Source: Octopus sinensis | Lineage: Eukaryota | DNA: 64,000 nt | Direction of reading: 5' to 3' | NCBI RefSeq assembly: GCF_006345805.1 | Contig: NC_043019.1 | Location: forward strand, 22,133,360-22,197,359 | Shown here: piece by piece, positions 14,801 to 24,354 of the stretch | Position numbering within the stretch: the stretch's first letter is position 1 | How the letters are laid out: each line of letters starts with the position of its first letter | Translations under genes and position numbers: made by a program | The notes under the pieces: generated by a model | What the model saw: only the letters and a program-made list of their open reading frames with translations | The model's database searches: none | What the model was told of the DNA's origin: nothing

Positions 14801-15533
14801 ATGACACAACAACGACAACCATCATCATCATCATCATCATCATCATCATTTAACATCCGTTGTCCACACACATACACACACATATTAATGCAAACATATA
14901 TGTATAATTTCTTGCATACTGAAAATAATATAACATAGAGAAGGTTGTAAAACAGCTCTAATTCTATGGAAATCTTAAGGTTAAATAAATCTATATTTCA
15001 CTTCTCACACCTCCTGACTTTATGCTTATATATATATATATATCATAAAACCCACACATGGTTAAATCAATTGAATTCATAATTTAATTAAAATTTAACA
15101 GAAAATCATTGTTGGAATATACTGATCTCAAATTTTTAATTTTTAAATGAGCATCATAGTTACTACATTCACTGGATGAAGCAGAGTCATTGCTATGTCA
15201 TTGCAACATGGCAGGATCTATGTAAACTTACATTTTTCAGCCACTCACTTCCGATGATGGGGCTTTGTGCCTGACATATATGATGGTTACTTAACTTTCC
15301 TATTTTGCATTGTTAAAAGCTTTCCATGTTCATTGCTTCTTATTTGAAATTTTAACTTTTATTTTTATTTTAATTCTCTTCTGTAGATGGTTATGTCTAT
15401 TGGAAGCTACATCTCAAAAGACCATCCCCAGAGGCAGCAGTTTCTAGAAGCAGTTGAGAAATGCTTTGAGAAGTCACCACAACTTCAGGAAGACTCTCTT
15501 CAATTTAATGCTGATTTAAGCAAGGAAAAATGA
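439..15533 (+). CDS. MYSM1: Histone H2A deubiquitinase MYSM1, 5'-partial; exons 439-604, 2652-2782, 3314-3420, 5307-5384, 7472-7573, 8124-8310, 10169-10296, 11486-11606, 13381-13547, 15387-15533
   Basis: Spliced translation gives SWIRM ([70 protein letters not shown]) then MPN/JAMM ([31 protein letters not shown]), matching recalled vertebrate MYSM1. All introns are GT-AG with compatible phases; stop TGA 15531-15533. Confidence 0.95.
2231..2373. mobile_element. Mariner-like MITE (~140 bp)
   Basis: Perfect 21-bp TIR aggttgtcccaaaagttcgta (2234-2254 / 2350-2370), TA-flanked. Confidence 0.8.
2652..2782 (+). CDS. MYSM1: MYSM1 exon (SWIRM C-part)
   Basis: [43 protein letters not shown]; gacag / gtaag. 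Confidence 0.95.
3314..3420 (+). CDS. MYSM1: MYSM1 exon
   Basis: (E)QAFYNQLPK...KLDAM; ttcccag / gtgaat. Confidence 0.85.
4708..5120 (-). mobile_element. tRNA-derived SINE, family 2 (CORE-like body, ~410 bp)
   Basis: Near-identical to at least 8 other copies in the window; head aggcgcaggagtggctgtgtgg, caccttgggcaagtgtc body, (AAGAGT)n tail. Confidence 0.85.
5307..5384 (+). CDS. MYSM1: MYSM1 exon
   Basis: [17 protein letters not shown]..., resembles MYSM1 RTRRRRVRDPWGNWCD; tttcag / gtaaat. Confidence 0.88.
5840..6067 (-). mobile_element. tRNA-derived SINE, family 1, with 17-bp TSD
   Basis: TSD gtaatcagtattaaata at 5823-5839 and 6068-6084; A/B-box head. Confidence 0.9.
6370..6760 (-). mobile_element. 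SINE family 2 copy
   Basis: High identity to 4708-5120. Confidence 0.85.
7472..7573 (+). CDS. MYSM1: MYSM1 exon
   Basis: NKECNK...[16 protein letters not shown]; ttttgtag / gtgagt. Confidence 0.9.
8124..8310 (+). CDS. MYSM1: MYSM1 exon (MPN start)
   Basis: [32 protein letters not shown]...[10 protein letters not shown]; tttcag / gtaagt. Confidence 0.95.
8351..8570. mobile_element. piggyBac-like MITE, family A
   Basis: CCCTTTAG...CTAAAGGG termini followed by TTAA; related copies near 4005 and 49030. Confidence 0.65.
10169..10296 (+). CDS. MYSM1: MYSM1 exon (JAMM motif)
   Basis: [17 protein letters not shown] = H-x-H-x7-S-x2-D intact; ttttag / gtgaga. Confidence 0.95.
11252..11451. mobile_element. 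piggyBac-like MITE, family B
   Basis: TTAA-CCCTTTTGTTACC...AAAAAGG-TTAA; related copy 49250-49470. Confidence 0.6.
11486..11606 (+). CDS. MYSM1: MYSM1 exon
   Basis: [18 protein letters not shown]...; tttcag / gtaagt. Confidence 0.92.
11952..12022 (-). ncRNA. Candidate type I hammerhead ribozyme in a Penelope-like terminal fragment
   Basis: Minus strand GCCA-GAUAA CUGAAGA GAUG..CAUC C GAAA CU-UGG-AGU U UUAUC-A-UGGC: full core, stems I-III, GUU site. Confidence 0.55.
12336..13290 (-). mobile_element. RTE-type LINE 3' fragment with (ATG)n tail
   Basis: Degenerate LHGSETWA...WYGHVM...RPRKTW-type coding remnant followed by the 3' UTR also seen as many short copies (e.g. about 1370-1486, 4095-4345, 7120-7362, 37855-38057, 60360-60650, 62763-63108). 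Confidence 0.8.
13381..13547 (+). CDS. MYSM1: MYSM1 exon
   Basis: (H)VPFKHTYQE...EVTCLSK; ttaacag / gttagt; phase fits both neighbours. Confidence 0.85.
13682..13921. mobile_element. hAT (Charlie-like) MITE
   Basis: CAGTGGTTCTCAACC...AGAAACACTG termini, 8-bp TSD TCTTAGAC (13674-13681 / 13922-13929). Confidence 0.85.
14535..14700. repeat. 18-bp minisatellite (GTACCTGTGTGCTGGAAG), intronic array
   Basis: About 9 degenerate units. Confidence 0.85.
15387..15533 (+). CDS. MYSM1: MYSM1 terminal coding exon
   Basis: ttctgtag acceptor, MVMSIGSY...[10 protein letters not shown]...SKEK*, phase 0. Confidence 0.8.
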   Translation: MVMSIGSYISKDHPQRQQFLEAVEKCFEKSPQLQEDSLQFNADLSKEK

Positions 15534-15692
15534 CAGAATAGAATCTAGTTGTGACAGAATAGAATCTAGCCACTAACAATGGCATTCAAACTTATTGCAT
15601 GTTTTGGAGAAAGAAATTCCATTTAGTTGTTTATTAATGGTTCAATTCAAACAAAGTGCACTAATTATTGATTGATAAAATCAATACCAATT

Positions 15693-16170
15693 TGTAAAAG
15701 GTACCTTTGTGTTATTGACAGCATCTGTGTACTGGATAGTACTTGTGTGCTGAAAGATATTTTGTGCCGGAAGATACTTGTGTCCTGGCCGGTACCTGTG
15801 TGCAGGAAGGTACCTTTGTGTTGAAAGGGATCTGTGTGTTGGAAGGTACCTGTGTGCTGGAAGATATTTTGTACTGGACGATACCTGTGTGCTGGAAGGT
15901 ACTTGTGTGTTAGATAGTACCTGTATGCTGGGAAGTACCTTTGTATTGGATGGTATCTGTGTGCTGGAAGGTACCTTTGTGTTGGAAGGTACCTGTGTGC
16001 TGGAAGGTACTTGTGTGCTGGGCAGTACCTGTGTGCTGGAAGGTCCCTGTGTTCGAAGGGATCTATGTGTTGGATGGTGACTGTGTACTGGAAGGTACCT
16101 GGATGCTGGAAATACCTTTGAGATGAAAGGTACCTTAGTGGTGGAAGATACCATTGTGCTGGGAGGTAGC
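15693..16170. repeat. 18-bp minisatellite, array downstream of the MYSM1 stop
   Basis: About 26 units of GTACCTGTGTGCTGGAAG; gives hexapeptide-repeat ORFs on both strands. Confidence 0.9.
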
Positions 16171-16964
16171 TATGACTTTCACTGGGCCCCTCTGTTCAAG
16201 TCAGGTCATGGTATACAGCTTAGGTTTTAATTTTCATCAATTAAGAGACTATATGATATCCTGGGCGTTATTGTTAGGCTAGTAGCCATTTTGCTATGCT
16301 GTAAGGACTACTACATTAGTTCAACTGTATTCAAGGACATTGGTGGTTGGGGGTTTATCCAAAAGATAAAAAAAGTAGAGTGATTAAAATTAAAGTCAAT
16401 CCCTGTGAGATTTCCAGCCAGAAACTTGAGTTTTGAGATCTGTGAAGATTTCCAGTCAGAAACTGGAGTTTCAAGATCTGTGAAGCAGTTTAGACTCAGT
16501 GATAAAGAGTTTATAGAATACTTAGAAAAATGATTTAAGTCTCTCATTTCAAGGCAGCAAATCTATCTGTCTATTTATCAATCTGTCTGTCTATTTATCT
16601 GTTTATCTTTCTGTCCATTTGTCTGTCTGTCTGTTTGTCTATCTAACTTTCTGGATTATCATATAGCATATTGTTATGGCCACAATGACCAAAAAGGAAT
16701 CTATAAAAAATCTCCAGTCCCACTGCGTGGCACTCTGGGTAGGTGTCTTCCACTATAGCCCCGAGCCGACCGGAGCTTTGTGATTGAATTCGGTAGGTGG
16801 AAGTTACTGCCGTGTGTGTATATGTGCGTGTAGGTGCTTGTGCCTCTCCGAAAGAGAGAGAGGGAAAACCAGTTCCTTTATACATTGTATACAGTGGCAA
16901 GCATACTATCTCAACTGAGAAGAAGAAAGGATAAACAACATTACAATTGATGAGGAAATGCAGC

Positions 16965-17515
16965 ATCTAGTCAGAAATACTCACTGTCAAATCTGGAACT
17001 GGTTAGATTCAAGGATGATCTTTGGAGTATAGATAAGGACATCAAATTCTGCAAATTCCCTCTGAGGAGGAACCAACACCTTGGGAAACTACACACACTA
17101 GTGAAGGAACTCAAGAACAAAAAATTATTCAAGTTCTTCAAAGGCAGGGGGCTATCTGTCTCTATAGAGGACAAACATACCATAGTCAACTTCTTCAATG
17201 TTGCACTAGATCTGAGCAATTGAATGTTAACTAATAACCCATTTTCTATAGCGATGTTTGAACAAAATTTTAATAATTTTATATTTTGTTGAATTTACCT
17301 GTATCTACCTGCAATTAGAGTCACTTTGTGACGCTTATTCAAACCATACCACAAGCCTAATGACAACCTTAAATACACAAACTTCAGTGGTAATCACCTC
17401 AAGTGAATAACTCAATCCATGGTCAAAAATATTTCCAACCACTTATCTAGACTGTCGGCTAATGAAGAGATATTTAAATTAAACGAGAAATACTATAACA
17501 ACATGATAGAGGAAA
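16965..17515 (+). mobile_element. Penelope-like element RT remnant
   Basis: Broken frames reading KKLFKFFKGRGLSVSIED...VNFFNVALDL...PYHKPNDNLKY...NISNHLSRLSANEEIF...YYNN, typical of the PLE RT C-terminal/thumb region. Confidence 0.75.
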
Positions 17516-18306
17516 AAGATAGAGATACAAAGATAAATCCTCATCACAACAAACCTAGTATATGTTCTTTTTTTTCTTTCTCCTATCGCACATAATAAAT
17601 ACCACAGCTACGGAAATTTTGCAATTACTAATAACTTGACATGGAAATGCACCACCCTAAAATATATTTTATAAGAACTAATTATTTGCAACTAAGCATA
17701 TTAAGAACCATCTACATTATAAGAAATAAACCTGCTAATATGATAAAATACAATTTGACCTAATTAGATAGTATTCCAACTTCAACCAGAAAACTGGTGT
17801 GGAGCCGAGGTGAACACTAGAATCTACAACCATATCAGATTTCAGATTCAAAATAGCCTCTCCCCGCCCACTTCCCTCTGAATCCTAACCACTAAAAAAT
17901 AAGCGAATTCAGTCCTCTTTGAGCCAATCTGGTTGAAAGACACTGAACAAAGCTGCGCAAATAATTATGCCTGGTTGCATATACAACCAGCAGAAACACG
18001 TAGGTCATCATAACAATAAAAATATGCAGTATTACAAACTGTTAAGTAAAAGAAACATTTTGAGGATGTACCAGTCTTCATGGAAAGTGGACATTAAACG
18101 ATGATGATGATTATATATATATATATATTCGCCATGATAGATTGGTAGCCACTACACACATTTTTTTCTCTCCTTGTTTCTTTCTGTGGAAGAGCATAGG
18201 CTCAAAACATAAAAGACTTTTTTCAATTCCTGAGCATTATACTAATACATCTGTTTGTTTTCTACACCACCTGTCTTCGTCTTTTGTTTTTTTCATGAAT
18301 TCTCCC

Positions 18307-18372
<66 letters not shown>

Positions 18373-19193
18373 ATGTCTGTCTGTCTATTTATATGTTAAT
18401 CTGTCTATCTATCTGGCTACTTGTCTGTCTATCACTTTCTTTTTAATCTCTCATACACACACATACAGAAGAAAAATAAATATTTGAATATTGCCCAACC
18501 CTTACTAGCATGGAAAAACACATGAAACAAAAGTGTGAGTGCATGCTTGTATGAATATTTATACCATAATGGGCTGTGAAATCCTGGGGAAAAATATCAT
18601 TCATGTATGATGTGCACTGATGTTTCCTTTAGTATTATGATGCAGTTAAAAAATAAGTTTTTAGTCAGATTTATTATAATTGCTCTCTAAATGACATTGA
18701 AGGAATTAATGCATTCTAAGCAAAACAAAAAGCAAATTTGAAAGTGACCTTTTGAATTTTACCGGTGTAGGCTGTAAAAGTGTACCTTCTGTAAAGTAAA
18801 CACAGTGAAAAAAAAAAACAACATTTCTCTTCGTTTTTCAATTATTTTTTGTTTAATCAGAATTTTAATAAATTGAAATATGACCTTTTAAATTTTCAGA
18901 AAATGTAAAAACATTTGAAACCACTCCATCAAGTGATCACATTTGATGGCATAAAAAAAAAAAATGGGCACATTAAGGCAAAGAAACAAAGTAGTTATTA
19001 ATAAGAAGGGGTTAAAATTAATGCCTGCAAGATTTCAAAGTTCTAGCATCACTCCTTCATAGTCAGCCAATGAACTTTTTCAGCCCACCCACATATGTGT
19101 GTATTTATATACACATATAAATATATACATACATGTATGCATATATATATACACACACATATGTACATATATAATACATACATATATATATAT

Positions 19194-19493
19194 ACTAGCA
19201 GTATCGCCCGGCGTTGCTCGGATTTGTAAGGGAAATAACTATATAAGCATTTTTAGAGAGTTACTTCCCTTATATAAACCGAGCTAAAAATGCGTAAAAA
19301 TGATGGTAAATTTTTTTTTAAATCGTAGACTCATTGTAGACGTGCGCTAATACCCAGATGGGCTTGATATGAATCACGACTATAAGATACCCGCTTTTGG
19401 TTAAACTGCACCGCAAAATGTGGAAGTAGTTAGGAATCTAAATCGGAGTAGACAGACACTCACACACACAATTTCAGTTTTATATATAAAGAT
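19194..19493 (+). mobile_element. Non-autonomous Helitron/HINE-like element
   Basis: 5' ACTAGC plus subterminal palindrome CCCGGCGTTGCTCGG, 3' TATATATAAAGAT; second copy 63395-63790. Confidence 0.6.
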
Positions 19494-19919
19494 TTGTGTG
19501 TGTGTATGTGTGTCCCCTTATCTTGACATCATGGATTATAAGCAATAATTATTAACAAGCATCACCATCATACATGCCAAGTGATGTTGTTCCCTGAAAA
19601 TGTATCATGTCATGCTTTGAAACAGGTGAGTGTTGGCCACAAGAATAACATCCAGCCATAGAAAAACCTGCTTCAATGAATTCCACCTGATCTATGCAAG
19701 CATAGAACGTTAAAGACGATGATGATGATGTTAATGGTAACAGGAAGATCTTCCTACCATAAATCTGTCTCAACAAATTTCATTTGACCCATACAAGCAT
19801 GGAAAAATAGATGTGCAAGCACTGATAACAATACTGATGATGGTGGTGGTGGTGTATTGGTAATGATGGTGATGCTGGTGGGTGTTTAAATTACTAATAT
19901 GACTGATGGGATTTAATCA

Positions 19920-20230
19920 TTACGTTGTTTCCTGTAATCCCATTCTTTCAATCCTTTTCCACCAGTCACTCTGTGGGGGCACGTTGTTGACCAGACTCAA
20001 ATATTCATCATGTGTTTTATTAAAATGCCATTCTTCCAAGCAGGCATATGGTAAGTTTCTATAGAATTTGTTGGCAAACAGATGTTTTTCTAAAGTAATT
20101 CGTTTGAGGTCTTGAAGTCCAAAAGCACATACACTGCGTCTAAAAGATCCGTAACATATACTTTCGTTTTTATTTTTTGTATCCTGCCAAACAACATATT
20201 TTGCCAGTTTGTAAATCTGAGAATATGAAC
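19920..20230 (-). CDS. GCNT-like distal terminal exon (3b)
   Basis: tttattccag acceptor; SYSQIYKLAKYVVW...CYGSFRRSVCAFG...HLFANKF...ACLEEW...ETT*; ATTAAA at 19912-19917. Confidence 0.88.
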
Positions 20231-23200
20231 CTGGAATAAATTGAAAGATATAATCATATCAGAAGAAATAAGATACATCAATGCATGGAATAACACTACT
20301 CTCTTTTACTCTTTTACTTGTTTCAGTCATTTGACTGCAGCCATGCTGGAGCACCACCTTTAATCGAGCAACTCGACCCCGGGACTTATTCTTTTGTAAG
20401 CCCAGTACTTATTCTATCGGTCTCTTTTGCCGAACCGCTAAGTTACGGGGACATAAACACACCAGCATCGGTTGTCAAGCAATGCTACGGAGACAAACAC
20501 AGACGCACAAACACACACACACATATATATATACATATATACGACGGGCTTCTTTCAGTTTCCGCATACCAAATCCACTCACAAGGCTTTGGTCGGCCCG
20601 AGACTATAGTAGAAGACACTTGCCCAAGGTGCCACGCAGTGGGACTGAACCTGGAACCATGTGGTTGGTAAACAAGCTACTTACCACACAGCCACTCCTG
20701 CGCCTGTGTAACATGATTTTTGTCCTTGGGTAGCCACTGTTATTTCCTATTTGCTTACCCCTAGAAAGTATGAAAAATGGCTGATATTTCCTTCAAATTT
20801 TGTTTTTGTTACATTTATTCAAACCTCAAAGAATCTTTCTCAATACATGGCTAAGATGCTCCTCCATTACTCCTGCTCGTGATCAGAGGTGCACATATTG
20901 TCAGCCACATGCTCAAGTGATTAAGGTCAAGTAAATGACAAGAAAATCTGTAGTATTGAGCAGAATATTTGCTATAACAATATTTCTGCTTCAGCAACTC
21001 AGCACTGAATGCATCCGAAATGTAATGGAAAATAAGTCGGTTTCAAAACATTAATGTCCAGGTCACAAAAGCAAAATTTGAAGGGAATGGCAGTCATTTC
21101 CTTTGATTTCTAGATAGAAGTAAATAGAAAATAACACTTACTTACCAAAGACAAGAAAACTTAATATTTTGTTACACAGTGTAATAGATGGCAAGCTGGC
21201 GGAATGGTTAGCATATTTAATGAAATGCTTGGTGGCACTTTTTCTGGCTCTCTATCTTCTGAATTCAAATCCCACCAAGATCAAATTTGCCTTTCATAAT
21301 TTCGGGGTCAATAAAATGAAGTACCAGTCCAATACTGGGGCTGATATATATTTCTTTACTACCCACAAGGGGCTAAACACAGAGGAGACAAATGGATTAA
21401 GTCAATTACATCGACCCCAGTGCGTAACTGGTACTTAATTTATCAACCCCAGAAGGATGAAAGGCAAAGCTGACCTCGGCGGAATTTGAACTCGGAATGT
21501 AACGGCAGACGAAATACGGCAACACATTTCGCCCGGCATGCTAATGTTTCTGCCAGCTTGCCACTGGGGCTGATATAATTGATTTGTCACCTCCCTTTAG
21601 AATTACATGCCTTGAACCTTGTAACTGATCAGCATCCCATTTAGGGGAAATATCATGATACCAGTCACTTAATGTGCCATGAAACCTAGGTTGTTACCTT
21701 ATGGGTCCCATAAGGATGGGCTGAAAAGTTCATAGGCTGACTATGAAGGAGTGATACTAGAACTGTGAAATCTTGCATTCATTAATTTTAACCCCTTTCT
21801 TATTAATAACTGCATTGTTTCTTTCCAGGTAAACTGACATCTCACTGTTCAAAGAAGGCTTCAAAAGTAACTAGTTGTGATTTCTCTTGAAAATGGGGAA
21901 AATTTGGCACCACGGTGTTATCAAGTATCTGCAGAAAAAGGGTTTAGTCCCCAAGGACATTGATGCTGACGTGGTTGCTACATTAGAAGACACCCCAGCT
22001 TTATCAACAGTGCAAAAGTGAGCAGCTGAATTTAGGAGAGCAAAAGGGGGTCTTAAAGATGACCCAAGGTCTAGATGTCCTGCAATTACTACCACCAAGG
22101 AAAATATTGATCATATTCACCACACAGTGATGAATGATAGGCAATTAACTATAAATCAAAGAGCCAATGTTTGTATATCTTGTGTGAGAGTTGAGAATAT
22201 TCTGCACAATGAACTTGGCATGAAAGTTTCTGCTTGGTGGATGCCACGTCTCCTGACACCCGATCAAAAGTGCACCAGGCTGATCATATTAGGGGAAAAT
22301 CTGACATTGCTTGAGGTAGATCCAGCTGGTTTCCTTGAATGTTTCCTCAGCCAATGGCTTCATCACTTTGAGCCAGACACAAAGGCAATCCCTCCTTACC
22401 TGCTCCAATGAAAGCCAAGACCATTTTATCTGCAGGCAAGGTGATGGCCCCAGTTTTTGGGATGCAAAAGGCATTGTATTTATTGAATTATTTCTAAAGG
22501 GCCACACTATCAATGAAGAGTACTATGCCAACTTTCTGAGGCAGTTATGAAAGGCTATCAAGACTAAATACCCAGGAAAACTGACTAAAGGGGTCTTGTT
22601 TCACCAGGACAATTCTTCAGCACACAAGTCCTTGGTTTCAACGGCTGCTGTGCATGTCTGTGGCTTTGAACTAGTTGATCATCCTCCCTGTTCTAATTTG
22701 GCCCCATCTGACTATCATCTGTTCCCCAATATAAAAAAAAATGATTGGCTGGGAACCATTGTTGCAGTGATGATGATGTCATGTCTGCAATTGATGACTT
22801 TTCTGACCAGCAGGAAGAAAGCTTCTTCACCAATGGGATCGAAGCCCTGCAACACCGATGAAAGAAGTGTATGGACTGCAAGGAAGACTATGTTGAAAAT
22901 AGGCCTAATTTGGTCATGTTCCATGAGAGTATCTTTGTCAGCCTATGAACTTTTCAGTTGACCCTTGCAGGGATGAAAAAAGATTTTTAAAATACATGAT
23001 AATTGATAGAAAATGAGAAATTGTATACAATAATTATTCTTTGGCTTTGGAAAGTCACATTGAGGCAAGGATCTTTTTTACTAGTTTCAGTCATAAGACT
23101 GTGGCAATGGTAGGGCATTGCCTTGAAGAATTTTAGTCATATAAATTAACCCCAGTACTTTTTTAAAAGCCTAGAATTTATTCTATTGGTCTCCTTAGCC

Positions 23201-23281
23201 AAACCATTAAGTTACAGGAGCTTAAGCACACCAATACTACTTGTCAAGCAGTGGTGGCGAACAAACACAGGACAGACACAG

Positions 23282-23329
<48 letters not shown>

Positions 23330-24316
23330 TTCCATCCGCCAAATTCACTCACAAGGCTTTGGTTGGTCTGAGGTTATAGTAGAAGAGATTTGTCCAAGAT
23401 TCCAAACAGTACGACTGAACCTGGAACCACACAGCCATGCCTAACTTGCATGGCTGTATTGTTAACAATTTCACATCTGATCCATGCAATTAGGGATTTG
23501 GTCCTATTGTCTGAATGTTGCCAGCTAGTGATCCATACCAAGTAGCTCCTAACCTTCTTTTAGCTCATGCCCTACCCTGCATTGAATCTTGAATATTTCT
23601 GTGCTCCCTTCTCTCCATGGCACCGTTAACGTAAATAGTACTTCAATTTTGTGTCATATGGTTAATAGTAGAAACTGGTCTCTTTTAAAAAGAATTTTAA
23701 ATCTTTAACAAAATTTGTAAAATTTATTAAATAATAACAAAATTTTAGACAGCTGAGTGGTTGAGAAACATTGCATTGTTTCCTGTAACCCCATTTTTTC
23801 ACCACCCCCATCCATTACCCTGGGTACGCATGTCATTGGCTAGATTCAAATATTCATCACATGTTTTATTAAAATGCCATTCTTCCATGCAAGCATATGC
23901 TAAGTTTCTCTCGAATTTATTCACGAAAAGATGCTCTTTTAATATAACATGTTTAAAATCTTCAAGCCCCAAAATGCATACACTGTGTTTATAAGATCCG
24001 GAACATGGCTTTTCACCCTTCCAGGCAACATATTTTGCTAATTTGTAAAGGTGAGAATGTGTACCTGGAAGAAATTAAAGAGATACACAGATCAGGAGAA
24101 ATAAGATAAATCAATACATGAAACAGTTCTATATTTAAGAGATGAGGAATTATGTACATTATTTACATTAGTTACATTCAACGGATATTTGTCCGCATCT
24201 TGTTTGTTGTTAACACAATGTTTCGGCTGATATACCCTCCAGCCTTCTTCAGGTATCTTGGGGAAATTTCGAACCTGGGTTCTCATTCCGAAGGCATTTT
24301 TCGCTGTTGTTATTGT

Positions 24317-24354
<38 letters not shown>

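Noticed and set aside
15681-16154. 157-aa STQVPS-repeat and 100-aa CAGRYL-repeat ORFs
   Set aside because: Translations of the 18-bp minisatellite; open on both strands because the unit is a multiple of 3
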